The notes: a model not told the origin generated them from the sequence alone. DNA of 64,000 bases from Octopus vulgaris (GCA_951406725.2 OX597816.1:139624001-139688000), one strand, 5' to 3'; positions 35,754 to 49,137 are shown, counted from the first letter of the stretch. Program-made: numbers and translations.

Positions 35754-36551
35754 GCATGCATACATGCACACATAAGCACATACACAAACAAGCTCACGTA
35801 CACACACATGCATAGACTTATATACTTTCATTCATATATGCACATATTAATAATAAAGATATAAACATAACTACACATGCATATGTGTGTGTGCCCCCTA
35901 TGTTTGCTTGTGCGCATTCATAACATAGAGGTGCAGTTATGCACGCTAGTATATGGATCTAACAGTTAAAGATGTATGTGTGTCACTGCGTGACTACGTG
36001 AGTGACTATATGTGTGTACATGTGTGTTTGTATGTGCATGTGAATTTGTATGTAAATATGCATGTACGCTCGTAAATCTACGTTTGTCATATTGTTTCTA
36101 AATTGTTGTCCATTTTTTTTTCTTCTCCTTCCTGCACTACCTTCACCACAGTTTTTTTACCATCTAATGTCTGACGTCATTAAAGCCATTGGCTTTTTTT
36201 TTCTGCCATAATCGTACACAGATTTTCTTACTGCTATCACAACATATGCAAATGACCGACTAGTGGCTGGTAAAGCTTACGTTATATGGCACCTAATAGT
36301 GGCTTGGCTGCCATTTTGATTTACGTCCACTGCACACTCTTCATGACATACGCCCTAACTCATAATTCGACTCGCATAAGAAATAAGCAATCTCTTTTCC
36401 TGCAATATATCTTAGCGTTTGCTCGGTAATTATGCAAATCCATGCAAGCCTTTAGATCTCTTCCGATCGTTTCTTTATAGCGACACTTCCCCGCCATACT
36501 TTCTTTACCTCTTTTCTCACTTCTTACCTTGTTCCGTTTTTATTTATTATC

Positions 36552-36608
<57 letters not shown>

Positions 36609-36615
36609 GTGTGTT

Positions 36616-36666
<51 letters not shown>

Positions 36667-36822
36667 CATACATACATACATATATATTTTTTTTCATTGT
36701 ATCTAGTTCAGTGTCTTTCTAATTCTCTGTGTCAGGGTGTATATTTCCATTTTACCTTCTGGTCCCCCTCTCCCTGTCACTATATATTTATGTAATTTAT
36801 ATATAAAATATATAAACGTATC

Positions 36823-36904
<82 letters not shown>

Positions 36905-37038
36905 CGCACCATTGTAAGCTTTCCCTTCTATCTCTCTCTCTATATAAATATATATATGTATGTCTTTGTGTTTATAGTTCTCTCCTCCAATTTTCTCACT
37001 ACCTGCCAATGTCATTAACATATATATCTTTAATCATT

Positions 37039-37070
<32 letters not shown>

Positions 37071-38479
37071 CGTACAGTTCTGTCATTATGAATACATGCT
37101 TGCGTGTATGTACATCGGTACATTCACATATACACATGCATTAAATATCTATGTCAGTAACCATATATAAACAGCCATTATCCATGTATGAAATGTAGGT
37201 GTGTTCCTACGTTTTTGCATATATCCCCATGCATATTTATCAACATAGATGTATATGTATATGATTAAATATACGACTCGGTAAGTTTACAAAATGTTAT
37301 GTAAGTGCGTAAATATTTACATACAATTATAGATTTTCTTTATGAGGATTTCTCAGAAGTGACGTGGCACACTATTAAGTATTTATTCTCAGTTCGAAAC
37401 CTGCCTCAGCTGTTTAATTTTGCCTAAGACACTGCACTGAGCTTAATATTACCTTTTTTTTTATTTAACCAGAAGGAAGTGGGTGTTCCCATTGCCTCTG
37501 CAGGTTCCCCATGGCTTATAATACTGATGCGGTTTTAACATCAGCTGGATAAAAATAATAATAAAAAAAAAACACGTAGATTGTCTTTTTGGTCGGTTGA
37601 CCTTCTGGAATGGAAGAATTAGAAAAATGCTTAGTGTTGTGTCTGAGTGGCGAGACTTAGTAGAAAAACCTGGCAAGCGGTTTCAAGGACGCTATGTTTC
37701 CTCCGACTAAGGTATAAATATATGAAGTCCTGTGAACTTGTGTCCAACCACTTAACAAGCATTTAACTACTAATGTTTTTTTTTTTACAATATAAAAACA
37801 TTTTCCTTCAAGCTGATTCTTTCAAGAACAGTTACAAGATAGGGGAAGTGGTAGGGATTTCGGTGGGCCTGGACGGAAGGGTTGAAGTAATTGAACTCTC
37901 AAAACAATAGGCTATAAATGAAGGTGATATCAAAGTGAGTCAAAGTTTGGAGTCTACGAGAGTCTTTGCAATCAGCGGTAAATGGCCGTCTTTTTGATTC
38001 AATATCGAATGTTTATATGCAGCAGCAATATCACTCCAGATACGTGAGCAGTAGATCTTTACAGTCAATAGTTGGTTAGAGCTGAATTGGTTTTTGTTCC
38101 TGTAAAGGGTAACCTTTGTGTCATAGTTTTAGCTACAATTTCTATCAGTGCTAACGCCTGATTCGAAGCACCTCGTTAATTATAATTTGACAAGTTCATT
38201 CGCAGTTCTGATCTTATGGCGAGAGAAGTGTAACTTTATGTCAACTACAGTTGAGTAACAGTTCTACAAAGTGTTGTGATTCAGAAAAGGAATAGTTACA
38301 CAGATTTGACTGGAACATTCCACCCAAATTCTTTTATATTATTGATGATTTAAACTCCACAACTTCATAACGTGTTTCTTTCTTTGTGTGTATGTGGATG
38401 CATATCTGTGATTATGTATGTATGCATGTATCTCTCTCTCTTTCTGTGTGTATATTTATATATATACATATATATATAT

Positions 38480-38555
<76 letters not shown>

Positions 38556-38689
38556 TATGTGTTATGTATGTTTCTGAGAGATCCCGAGCTTTTGTTTAGA
38601 CATCTCTCTTGCAGAAGGAAATTCGAAATAACATCCAGCATCTTGCAGAGATCTTGCTGAAGCCGGAGATCTTGCACTTGCTTGTTTCT

Positions 38690-38831
38690 GAACTACTTGG
38701 CTTTATAGGTGAGTGTCTTAGCGGTGTTGTGTAAGCTTTTATTGACTTTAGATTTCAGCATGAACATTACTGATAGTCATTGTAGGACAATTCATCAAGG
38801 CCGGTCATACTGGAGTACGATTTGGCAGCCA

Positions 38832-38835
<4 letters not shown>
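38690..38835 (+). mobile_element. RTE-type 3' end fragment
   Basis: Ends GGTCATACTGGAGTACGATTTGGCAGCCACCAT then (AT)n, like the 3' end at 11210-11245. Confidence 0.45.
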
Positions 38836-38899
<64 letters not shown>

Positions 38900-38970
38900 T
38901 ACATATTGATACAATGGTAAAACAGCAAAAGAATGAAAGAGACCTCGATATTATGTAAATTTATCTGTAA

Positions 38971-39131
38971 ATATAATATGTGACAATTATTCGGTAGCCA
39001 TGATAAAACTCCGAGTTTCGTATGTCGAGGCGGATGGCCCGATAACTGAAGAGATGGCGACGTAGGTTTCCTCCCCGACATCCCAAACTCGGAGTTCTAT
39101 CATGGTTACCGAATAATTGTCACATATTATA
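38971..39131 (+). repeat. Fold-back element enclosing a hammerhead motif (39041-39101)
   Basis: 47-bp arms with 2 mismatches (38971-39018 / 39085-39131). Plus strand GATAA-CTGAAGA-GATG...CATC-C-CAAA-CTCGGAG-TT-CTATC. The inverted partial copy keeps GAAAC. Confidence 0.8.
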
Positions 39132-39194
39132 TATATGTGTGTGTGTGTGTGAGTGTGTGTGAGTGTGTGTGTGTGTGTATGTATGCTTTCATTA

Positions 39195-39380
39195 TTATCG
39201 TGAGAACTACTGCCAACATATAAGTCAGTACAACCTCTTGCATGGTCAGATCGTCCGCGAAAAGAGTGACACATGCGCAAGACTAGCCTGCTGAGAAGAG
39301 TTTCTAGAAATCCAGCTGGACAAAAACAACGACACTACCCCCAAAATGACAGAGTGCAGGTGATGGGTTGCACTTGAAAA
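39195..39380 (+). mobile_element. RTE-type 5' UTR fragment
   Basis: CAGTACAACCTCTTGCATGGTCAGATCGTC matches minus-strand 11670-11700. Confidence 0.5.
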
Positions 39381-39823
39381 ACATCTTTACCAATCCGCAA
39401 AGTCAAGCGTTTACTACAGAAATAGATACCAAGTTGATGTCTGGTATAAAATTACTTAGCACATGGGTAAATAACTGCTCGGAAGGTATGCAAAAAAATA
39501 TCCGTATATAAAAAACCTCCTTGGAAAGGAAAAATTCAAAATTAATCCTCTATCCAGTAGTGGGTATCTGTTTATTGCAAAGACTAGGAGATGGCATTCC
39601 CATATAAAACGTACAATGGGAATATGTTGCTCTAATTTGTCATTGGGCAATTGAGTATGGATATTTAGTGTGTGGCATATACGTACATCATGCAAGTGTA
39701 CGTCAAATTAATCTAATGGTGTATGTCTTGTTACAACAGAGCATATGGACATAGAGAGATTAAATGAACAATAATTCTGATGAAGCAACTATCATGTATG
39801 TATTTGTGTGTATAAGTATGTGC

Positions 39824-39911
<88 letters not shown>

Positions 39912-39912
39912 C

Positions 39913-39944
<32 letters not shown>

Positions 39945-39990
39945 GTATATACATGTATATATATATATACATACATATATATACACACAC

Positions 39991-40089
<99 letters not shown>

Positions 40090-40179
40090 AATAGGAAAAG
40101 AAATGGACCAACAATTAACAATTTAATACCAATTAACATTGGTATTAAATGGTCGTAGTTTATTTGTAGTTAAAGTAAC

Positions 40180-40257
40180 ATTTACAGCTGTTTCAGTTTG
40201 TTATTTTTTAGGTAAATTTGCATTTATCTCGTTCCATGTAACAAACATCGTCAGAAT
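40180..40257 (-). ncRNA. Type I hammerhead ribozyme motif, intact core
   Basis: Minus strand: ATT-CTGACGA-T-GTTTGTTA...TAACAAAC-T-GAAA-CAGCTG-TA-AAT. Palindromic stem III ACAGCTGT; site GUA. Confidence 0.75.
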
Positions 40258-40749
40258 AATCGGAGTAATATAGACAGAAGAAAAGGGAAAAAGTAAAAAG
40301 CAAAAGAAAAAGGAAGACAGGGAAAAGGAAAAAAAAGTTCGTTAAATCTTCAGGCTTACATTTTTGTGTCCTTTAGAGGTTGCACGTGTGTGTACATTTC
40401 TTCATGCATTTAATCTTAAGTATACCGTCTACAGTAGTTCTGCTAAAAGCAAAGAAGAACAATTGTTTTTGAAAACCAGCATGATATAGTAAAGAACTAT
40501 GATATTAAAACAAGCTACACTTTTCCTTTGCTCCTGAGATCTCATTTACAAACATTTCGAACCTCAGAACTCCGTTTGTTTCATTAATGATTTCATAGTA
40601 TCACAATTATTTTGCTACATGTGTAACACATATTATAATGGTAAGATTTTCTGCATGCAAACTCTGAAAAAATAACATTAATATTAATAGCGATTATATT
40701 TTTAATTTTTCATTCGGTTGAATATTTTATCAGCTCTGCTCTTTTAACA

Positions 40750-40930
40750 AGCTAAGAGAAAGTTTTCCAATTAGCATCAAGTCTTCTGCTTTCGCTAGAG
40801 ATGGATGTCTTCCTGTGTAGATTATGCTGACACTAAGGATAGCTATGAATCTTTCAGCAATTCTTCATGACACGTTTAGTAATTTATCTTCGAAGTTAAA
40901 GATGATCTTTTATCAACGAGGACTGAGAAC
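40750..40930 (+). pseudogene. Possible hAT transposase fragment
   Basis: LSLEMD..DTKD..FEVKDDLL resembles FSLALDESTD..D..QL..FEV.EELL. Heavily decayed. Confidence 0.3.
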
Positions 40931-40984
40931 TAAATTCAGGGTAAACAGCTGTCTGTAGAGATTATATTTATTTGCTGTTTTATA

Positions 40985-41224
40985 TTTTACTTGTTTCAGT
41001 CATTAGACGGCAGCCCATGCTGGGGCACCACCTCGAAGAATTTTTTAGTCGTACGAATCGATCCCAATATTTTTTTAAGCCGGGTACTTATTCTATCGGT
41101 CTCTTTTGCCCGATAGAATAAGTACAGGAACGTAGACAAACCAGCACTGGTTGTCAAATGGTGGTGGGGAACAAACACAGACTCTAAGACACGCCCGCAC
41201 GCGCACACGCACACATACCCCCCT

Positions 41225-41277
<53 letters not shown>

Positions 41278-41490
41278 ATATATATATACATACATATATA
41301 CATACATATATATATATGTATATATATAAGATGGGGTTGTTTCAATATCCATCGACGAAATCCACTCGTAAGGTTTAGGTCGGCCCGAGGCTATAGTAGA
41401 AGACACTTACCCAAGATTTTATGTAGTGGGGCTGCACCCAAAACCATGTGCTTGGGAAGCAAACTTCTTTCCACATGTCCACGCCTGTAC
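40985..41490 (-). mobile_element. SINE family B
   Basis: Plus strand TTACTTGTTTCAGTCATT..GGTACTTATTCTATCGG..GAGGCTATAGTAGAAGACACTTACCCAAG..TGGGAAGCAAACTTCTT. Confidence 0.85.
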
Positions 41491-42149
41491 CTATATCTAT
41501 AAATTTACGAACAAATTTGAATAGCTTAATATTATGCAAAAAAAAACAGGTTCTTTATACCTTAGCCAGCATAACTCCAATGTTGTTTTTATTCATCTCT
41601 TGACCGATCTTGGCCGAATGTATTTCATGATCAAAAGCGTTCTAACTGTGAACACCCAATCTTTTAGTGAGTTATGAATTATGCAACATATTATCCTTTT
41701 CACTTTTAAACAGAACGGTGGAATTGGACGAGGAATTGGTCTGTCCGTGCTAATGGTAATGAATCACGTATACATCAACTCCGCTAATGTACAACGTGAC
41801 TCCACAAATGTAAAATGTGACTCTAGAATACTCGGGAACACACCTAATCGACAAGCTTTGAAGGAAGTCAAAGGGAAAACATCTTATATACTCCCATAAG
41901 AATCTAAAAAACAAAAACAAAAAGAAAATGTAAAGTAAACAAGTTCATGTTAGGAAACTCACCAAGAGATTTCAAACTGATGGCGCAGAAAGACAGGGTA
42001 AGATTTAGTAGAAATTTGTCTAGTTTCCAATACAGCGAGTGACAATATTCAGGCTTCCTCATTGGTGCTTGCAGTTTAGAATAAAATATAATTATCTCTG
42101 GAATCAGAATGAACACACATAGTCCAGATTTTTGCAACAGAGGTGTTGT

Positions 42150-42340
42150 TATTGTTTAGCCCCAGGTCATTCCTGACAACCAGACCTTTGATCAAGGTTT
42201 TCTCAGAAGTATCTACCCTATCTTTTCTTTTCTTTTTCAGACCTAGTAGATATAATACCACATCCTCTAATACGTTTTTTATCTCGTAAAATAGTAGGAT
42301 GTGATTTTTGGGAGATATTTTTAAAAATAACTAGCGTTAG
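42150..42340 (+). repeat. Short interspersed repeat (TTGTTTAGCCCCAGGTCA family), unclassified
   Basis: Related copies at ~49950, 50120, 50670 and 59060, usually beginning after (TTG)n. Confidence 0.55.
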
Positions 42341-42904
42341 ACTTGTGAGAATAAGTTTTGTCTGGGATAAGATGCCAGTCTGTCAGAGAGTACATTATTA
42401 AACTGATTTTCTCCTTTTTGCTTGTAGCTGAAGGACTGAGGAAGTAGAAGTATGCATCCTACTCAAATACACAACGAAATCATATCGAGACAACAAGCAA
42501 ACCTATAAACGGTCATTCGATTGGCTAAAAGTCGTAGCCTAATGTCTCTTAAATCATATGCTACAGTCTTAAAGAGGAAAGGAAGCATCAGACAATGTGG
42601 TCTCAAACGCATTAAATAGAAAGAGGGTATGATCACAGCTAAATCTTCTTAGTTCATAACCTTGTCCTATAAGGATTGGCCTGCGTATAAACGACCACAG
42701 CAACAACAACAATTTCACTCCATTACCTTTAAAATCTTGACACATGACTTAGTAGTATATCCCCATGATGATTTAGCGTACCATTTTTATTAGTGTAATC
42801 ACGTCGCCAAAGACTGGGTCTTTTGATTCATCCCTCCACATTCCTGGCAATGACATACGTGAAAAACTTTCCATGACTTTATTTAACATTAGCTACGGTT
42901 TTGT

Positions 42905-43182
42905 CTTTTATCTTTTTTACATGTTGCAGGCATTGGACTGTGGCCTTGCTGGGCACCACCTTGTGGGTTTAGTCGAATAAGATTATCCTAGTATCTATTT
43001 ATTTATTTAGTTATTTATTTTTGGTCTGGCATTTATTCTATCGGTTTCTTTTGCCGAAGCCCTAAATTAATGGGACCTTAACAAACCAACACTGGTTTTC
43101 AAGCGATGGGTGAGGAAACAAACACAACACAGCGCAACCGCAAGACACATAAATATATACATATATAGATAAACCGATAAAC

Positions 43183-43259
<77 letters not shown>

Positions 43260-43410
43260 TGACGAGCTTCTTTCAGTTTCCCTCTATCAAATTCTCTTAG
43301 TCGGCTTGGAACTATAATAGAAGACTCTTGCCCAAGTTGCTGCGTAGTGGGGCTGAACCCAAGAACACATGGTTGGAAAGCAATTTTCTTATCCACACAA
43401 CCACACCTGC
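42905..43410 (-). mobile_element. SINE family B with internal (GATA)n
   Basis: Same head and tail motifs in reverse complement (TGCCCAAG..GGGGCTGAACCC..CACACAACCACACCTGC). Confidence 0.8.
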
Positions 43411-43539
43411 AATAAAAGCAGAATTTAGCTGTTGTTTTCTTATATATACCAGAACGGGAAGAAGATATTGGAATTGAAAGGTGTCAGAGTCTCAACCTAT
43501 AAATCTATTGTGTGCGATTGTAGAATTTAATGAGACGGA

Positions 43540-43860
43540 CACGAAGGGGAACATAAATTATCAGGTTCTAGTGATTCGAATGGTGCTAGACTCAATCCGC
43601 CACCATGCTGAACATCGCCTGCTGGTCCTTGATGTTTTTGCCGAATCTGCTCAAGTTCATGCATTCTAATGAGAACCCCAATATGAAGATACTTAAATAT
43701 TTCCCCCTTTTCATCCAATTAGTCAAGAGTCCCCGCCAGAAAAGGTTGGGCACTGCACCTTCTCCTTCTCTTATTTACCCATGGAGTTGTCAACTTGAAT
43801 CTAATCCCTTGTCAAACATGTCTCAAGTCCAAGCTGTCGATGTTCATCTCAACATTAATT
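43540..43860 (-). pseudogene. Scrambled Dong/R4-like RT fragments
   Basis: Minus-strand LECMNLSRFGKNIK resembles MECMNLSN in the 27.8-29.7 kb element; FKYL motif nearby. Confidence 0.35.
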
Positions 43861-45577
43861 AATATTATTCTAGAAGCTGGTTCTTTCAAAAGCTACTACC
43901 AGATATTTGAATCTACGAACTGTAACTTGTAAATGTTTCTTTATATATTTGAGCACAAGATTTTCTTATGCGATTTAGCGGATTTAACAATCAGAAAAAA
44001 GATTACAGATCTAATGGGGGAAAGTTAACTGCAATAGTCTAACTTCCATGCAGTCGCCATTTATCTTCCATTCAATTAAAGTTGAAGAAACCAAAAATGA
44101 ATACTAGCCCTACGTTTTTTTGTTTGTTTATTTGTCTTTTTTTTTTTTTCGCAAAAAGAATTAATATAAAGGATTGAGTTAGTGGATTACTGTGGAGATG
44201 GTATGTTTCTTAAGTACTTTTGTGTAAACAGCTACCACCCCTTTCCAGACTATCACAGTCAAAGCTTTCAACAAAACTGAAATGCCACCATCTTGAAAGT
44301 ACGCTGTTGCCCTTTTTCCAACTCATTTTCCTCTCAACATTCCATAATTCAGTCTAATTTTCAGTGATAAGATTATAGGAACACCCTCGGCTCTATGTCA
44401 GGCTAACGGGTGCAAGTTCCTCTGACTTTATTCCAAGCTACAAGCGATGAAAATAAAACATCTGCTTCTTAGAATAGGTGGGAGACAGGAATATAAACCA
44501 TAAGAGTTGCACCGGGACAAATAGCAAAAATAACAAAAGAAAAATACATAAATATATAGATATAAACATAAACAAATATAAACATAACACTACAAGAAAA
44601 AGAAATAATATAAAATAACAATAAACATGGAGTTTCGTTGTTTTCAAACTTTAGTAAAGCATATTTAATAGCTTTCGACAGCTTTTAGCGGAGTCGAGAT
44701 GTTTATCTTAGTCTCCCTTATAGAAAATAGATTAGATAAACAAGGCAAATAACATTCAAACTAAATGAATGTTTTATTAAGTCGTATTTAGCTTGGCCTG
44801 CCAACGTCAAATATAGCTGACAGTTCGGTCTATTTCCTCCATCATGCGCATCAAACACACCCGACTGATTTGAACGACAGTTACACTCAGTTCGCCCTAC
44901 TGCAGGGGCGAAGTTGATTTTCGCCGCGATGAAACCTTGCTGATTAAATTACCAGCAAGAAACAAACTTTCGGCCCGGAACATCTATTTATTTAAGTGGT
45001 TGATGGTGGCGGTGGTTCAAATAAAGAGGCGGAGAGAACGATTAGTCATAATTGTATCGGGGTGTGCTTTAATAAAAAAAAGGGTAAAAAAATATACATA
45101 AGAGCATATAAAAACGTCTTAGTTTTCAGTGCAACGACAATTACCGCTTTCAACTATAAATCAATGGTATCACCTCTCTGTGTGAGCGGCGGCTGTCAGA
45201 TGGCCGAACGAACAGATGCATCGGTTCATATATTTATTTATCTTGCTATCTATATTTATTTATCTGATGGATATCAGTATATGTAAGCAGAAAGAATTGT
45301 GCTGAAAGACACAGGGTTCTAGTTGGTTAGGTGGGACCTACAATATATTAAGTTGACTCATTTTTGTAATATGCTGTCGTAACATTAGTGGTAGAGATAG
45401 AATTTCAACTTCTTATGAGTAGAGGAATCGATCTCGGTGCGGCAGATAACCATATGTCTAACAGAGTTGTGATATAGTATGTGACATAATGCAACATATA
45501 TGCAGTACATCTATAATTGAAGATGTTTCACACGTATCTATTTATCAACTTTTTTTCAAATTGTATATCTAGGACTA

Positions 45578-45900
45578 AGGCAGCGAGCTGGCAGAAACGT
45601 TAGCACGCCGGGCGAAATGCGTAGCCGTATTTCGTCTGCTGTTACGTTCTGAGTTCAAATTCCGCCGAGGTCGACTTTGCATTTTATCCTTTCGGGGTCG
45701 ATTAAATAAGTACCAGTTACGTACTGGGGTCGATATAATCGATTTAATCCGTTTGTCTGTCCCTGTTTGTCCTCTCTGTGTTTAGCCCCTTGTGGGTAGT
45801 AAAGAAATAGGTATTTCGTCTGCCGCTACGTTCTGAGTTCAAATTTCGGGTCAATGTAATTGACTTTCCCCTCTCCTGAAATTGCTGGTCTTGTGGTCGG
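45578..45900 (+). mobile_element. SINE family A, 1.5-unit concatemer
   Basis: Full unit then restart AAAGAAATA|GGTATTTCGTCTGCC at ~45810, the same junction as at 477 and 878. Confidence 0.9.
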
Positions 45901-46054
45901 AGTGCAAAATCTACCTCAACCTCTTTTAGTAGCCTTTTACGACACGCAGAGGAAATGTTGGGTTCATTCTCTGACATGCCGCTTACCACACAACTATATT
46001 AAACCGAATCTGTCGTAACGCGCACACACACATGCAACCTACATAAAATATGTC

Positions 46055-46092
<38 letters not shown>

Positions 46093-46098
46093 GTATAA

Positions 46099-46149
<51 letters not shown>

Positions 46150-46249
46150 TGTGTGTGTATATATATGTGTATATATATATGTGTATATATATGTGTGTAT
46201 ATATATATATGTGTGTATATATATATATGTGTGTGTGTATATATATATG

Positions 46250-46286
<37 letters not shown>

Positions 46287-46361
46287 GTGTATATATATGT
46301 GTATATATATGTATCTATATATATGTATATATATATATGTATATATATATGTATATATATG

Positions 46362-46426
<65 letters not shown>

Positions 46427-46435
<9 letters not shown>

Positions 46436-46718
46436 AATACATATACTAATGTATATGCTTTGTGTATTTTCCGGTGGCTGCAATGGCGTAGCGCAGTATA
46501 TAACTCTCATGTCGCCGGTGTTAAAACACCTTAGACCCGTGGACAGGCGAGAAAACTCACCCTCAATCTCACTTGGTAGAGATGGACAGCGATGTTTCGC
46601 CATTTTTGTGGCTTATCGACACCAACACTGGCGACATGAGAGTTATATACTCCGCTGTACCAAGCAGCCACCGCAAAATACACAAACCATATACATTAGT
46701 ATATGTATTTAACAATAT
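46427..46718. repeat. Fold-back element (~95-bp arms) enclosing a hammerhead motif (46581-46623, minus)
   Basis: Arms 46427-46522 / 46624-46718. Minus strand GGTG-TCGATAA-GCCA caaaaa TGGC-GAAA-CA tcgc TG-TC-CATC; core degenerate. Confidence 0.8.
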
Positions 46719-46750
46719 TTATTATACCAGCGCTGCTTTTACTGCGTATG

Positions 46751-46796
<46 letters not shown>

Positions 46797-47280
46797 TTAT
46801 ATGTGTGTGTGTGCGCGCGCGTGTATGTATTTATGTACATTTTTGTATGTTTCCTTTTTCTCCCTACTTGTTCATATGTTTACATATATACTAACAGATA
46901 TATCAATCTATCTGCCTATCTACCAGTTATCTATATCTGTCTACGTACTTATATCTATCACCAATCATTAAGAGGGGCATAGACAGGGTTTTATGACTGA
47001 GAAGCTTAATTCCCAAACACATAGTTTCGGCTTCAATCGCAATGCGCAGCACTTTGGGTACGTGACTACTATCAAAGCTTCGGGTAAAAAATTTTTGTGA
47101 CGAAAACTCAACGGAAGTGACAGCGTCGTTGAGTGCCTAGATTTTTGTAGATGATTATATATCGTGAATGACTGTATCAGTGAGTGACTGCAATGCTGAG
47201 AGACTGTGTTAATAAAACTATGTGCTGATGACGATACACTGGCCAGTGACTCAGCTTCATCAGACTAGCCAATATTATTC

Positions 47281-47722
47281 CAAGGCGGTGAATAGGCAGA
47301 ACGTTAGCATGCCGGTCTGAATGCTTCGTGGAATTTCGTTCGTCTTTACGGTCTGAGTTCACATTCCACCGAGGCCTACTATGCCTTTCATCCTTCCAGA
47401 ATTGATGAAATGAAAACCAGCAAAGCATTGGAGTCGAAGTAATCAGCTTCACTTTCCCCTCAAAAACTGCTAACCTCGTGCCAAATTTTGAAACCGTTAG
47501 CTCAAGGCAGTGAGGTGGCAGAGTTTTTAGCACGCCGGACAAAAATACTTAGCGGCATTTCTTCTGGCTTTAAATTCTGAGTTCAAATTCAGCCGAGGTT
47601 TACTTTACATTTTATCTTTTCTGGGTCGTTTAAAGTAAATACCAGTTGAGCAATGGGGTCGATGTAACCGACTAGCTTCCTCCCCCGAAATTTCAAATCT
47701 TGCACTTTTAGAAGAAAGGATT
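47281..47722 (+). mobile_element. Two adjacent decayed SINE family A copies
   Basis: Heads CAAGGCGGTGAATAGGCAGAACGTTAGC (47281) and CAAGGCAGTGAGGTGGCAGAG (47503). Confidence 0.8.
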
Positions 47723-48301
47723 GGTCCATTAGAGGGCTAGGTGTGTAAAGGTATCGTGTTTAGAAAGAAGTGGGTCTAAAATTGGTTAAAACATTTGCCC
47801 TCTCTCTATGAAAAGACATTCATCTACTCCACCTAATCCTGCCTAATATAAAGAACATCCCCTCACCTCATCACACTAACAAATTAAAAAGAAACTGTCA
47901 GCTGTTGAAAATTTCCATTTTGTGAATGTTGAGAATCTGTGTTGGTCTTTCGGTGATAAATGGTTGGCTTTTGAACGGAATGTCCGCCGAATCTTTTGAT
48001 GCCTGTATTAGAATGTCAGCATCAAATATTGATTTCTTCCCATAATTCCAGCACCACCAAATAAGTATAAAATGATGCGGTCAATTAAATAACTGATGCC
48101 ATAGTTGCCATTTTAGATATTCGATATTTAATAGACTGCGTTAGCTGCGTGTAGGAATAAAATACGGCGAAAAACATTCGAGGGGAAAATGACGATGACT
48201 ACTACTGCAGTTTCTGCAGTTGCGGTCGGTTGTAAAGGCGATTGAATTGGTGGTTGTCGTGTTGGTTGTTAGTGTTTGTGCTTCGCCATAGGTCTGTCAT
48301 G

Positions 48302-48630
48302 GTGAGGGCGCGTGGCTTAGTGGTTAGGGCATTCGGCTTATGATCGTAAGGTTGTGAGTTCGATTCCCGGCGACGCGTTGTGTCCTTGAGCAAGACACTT
48401 TATTTCACGTTGCTCCAGTCCACTCAGCTGGCAAAAATGAGTTGTACTTGTATTTCAAAGGGTCAGCCTTGTCACTCTCTGTGTCACGCTGATTATCCCC
48501 GAGAACTACGTTAAGGGTACACGTGTCTGTGGAATGCTCAGCCATTTGCACGTTAATTTCACGAGCAAGCTGTTCCGTTGATCGTATCAGCTGGGACCCT
48601 CGTCGTCGTAACCGGCGGAGTCTTTTTTTT
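48302..48630 (+). mobile_element. tRNA-derived SINE family C with 13-bp TSD
   Basis: A box TGGCTTAGTGG, B box GTTCGATTCC, body GTGTCCTTGAGCAAGACACTT, T-rich end. TSD TAGGTCTGTCATG at 48289-48301 and 48631-48643. Confidence 0.9.
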
Positions 48631-49137
48631 TAGGTCTGTCATGATTAATATGGACCAAATGATTAAAGTTATCACACCCGTAACTATCCGGTCTTTTATA
48701 GAGTATAATCTACCTAGGGCTACATTATTTCCAGTATTCTTCCCGTCTTTTTTTTAAACAGTTTGTTGTAATTGAAAGAGAGTTAGCTGCTATTTTTAGG
48801 AGGTTGAGTCACCACATAGAGGTGACTTATGAGTGAAATTCGGTAGACAGAAATTGTAAGAAAGACAATTGGATAGATTGTACTTGTAAATATAAGGCCC
48901 GGCCTTGATACACAGTCATGTTTATTTTGTCCTAGGATTACGATAAAGATTTATTTGTGTCTAGGGTGTACTCAGCTCCTAGCGTATTAATTCAATGAGC
49001 GGGTAATTCACTTGATGAAAGCCGGTGGGATCCATTTCCTAAACTGATGCATGAACAACAACAACAGCAACAACAATGTGAGAGAAAGCCGTAAGTATGA
49101 AACGGTGAGAAACAAGATTACATAATGTTTATGTTGT

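Noticed and set aside
39776-39800. Isolated CTGATGA
   Set aside because: Runs into microsatellite with no GAAA partner.
48306-48375. tRNA-like heads at 48306, 49570-49640 and 54817
   Set aside because: They continue into SINE bodies and lack acceptor-stem pairing; not tRNA genes.
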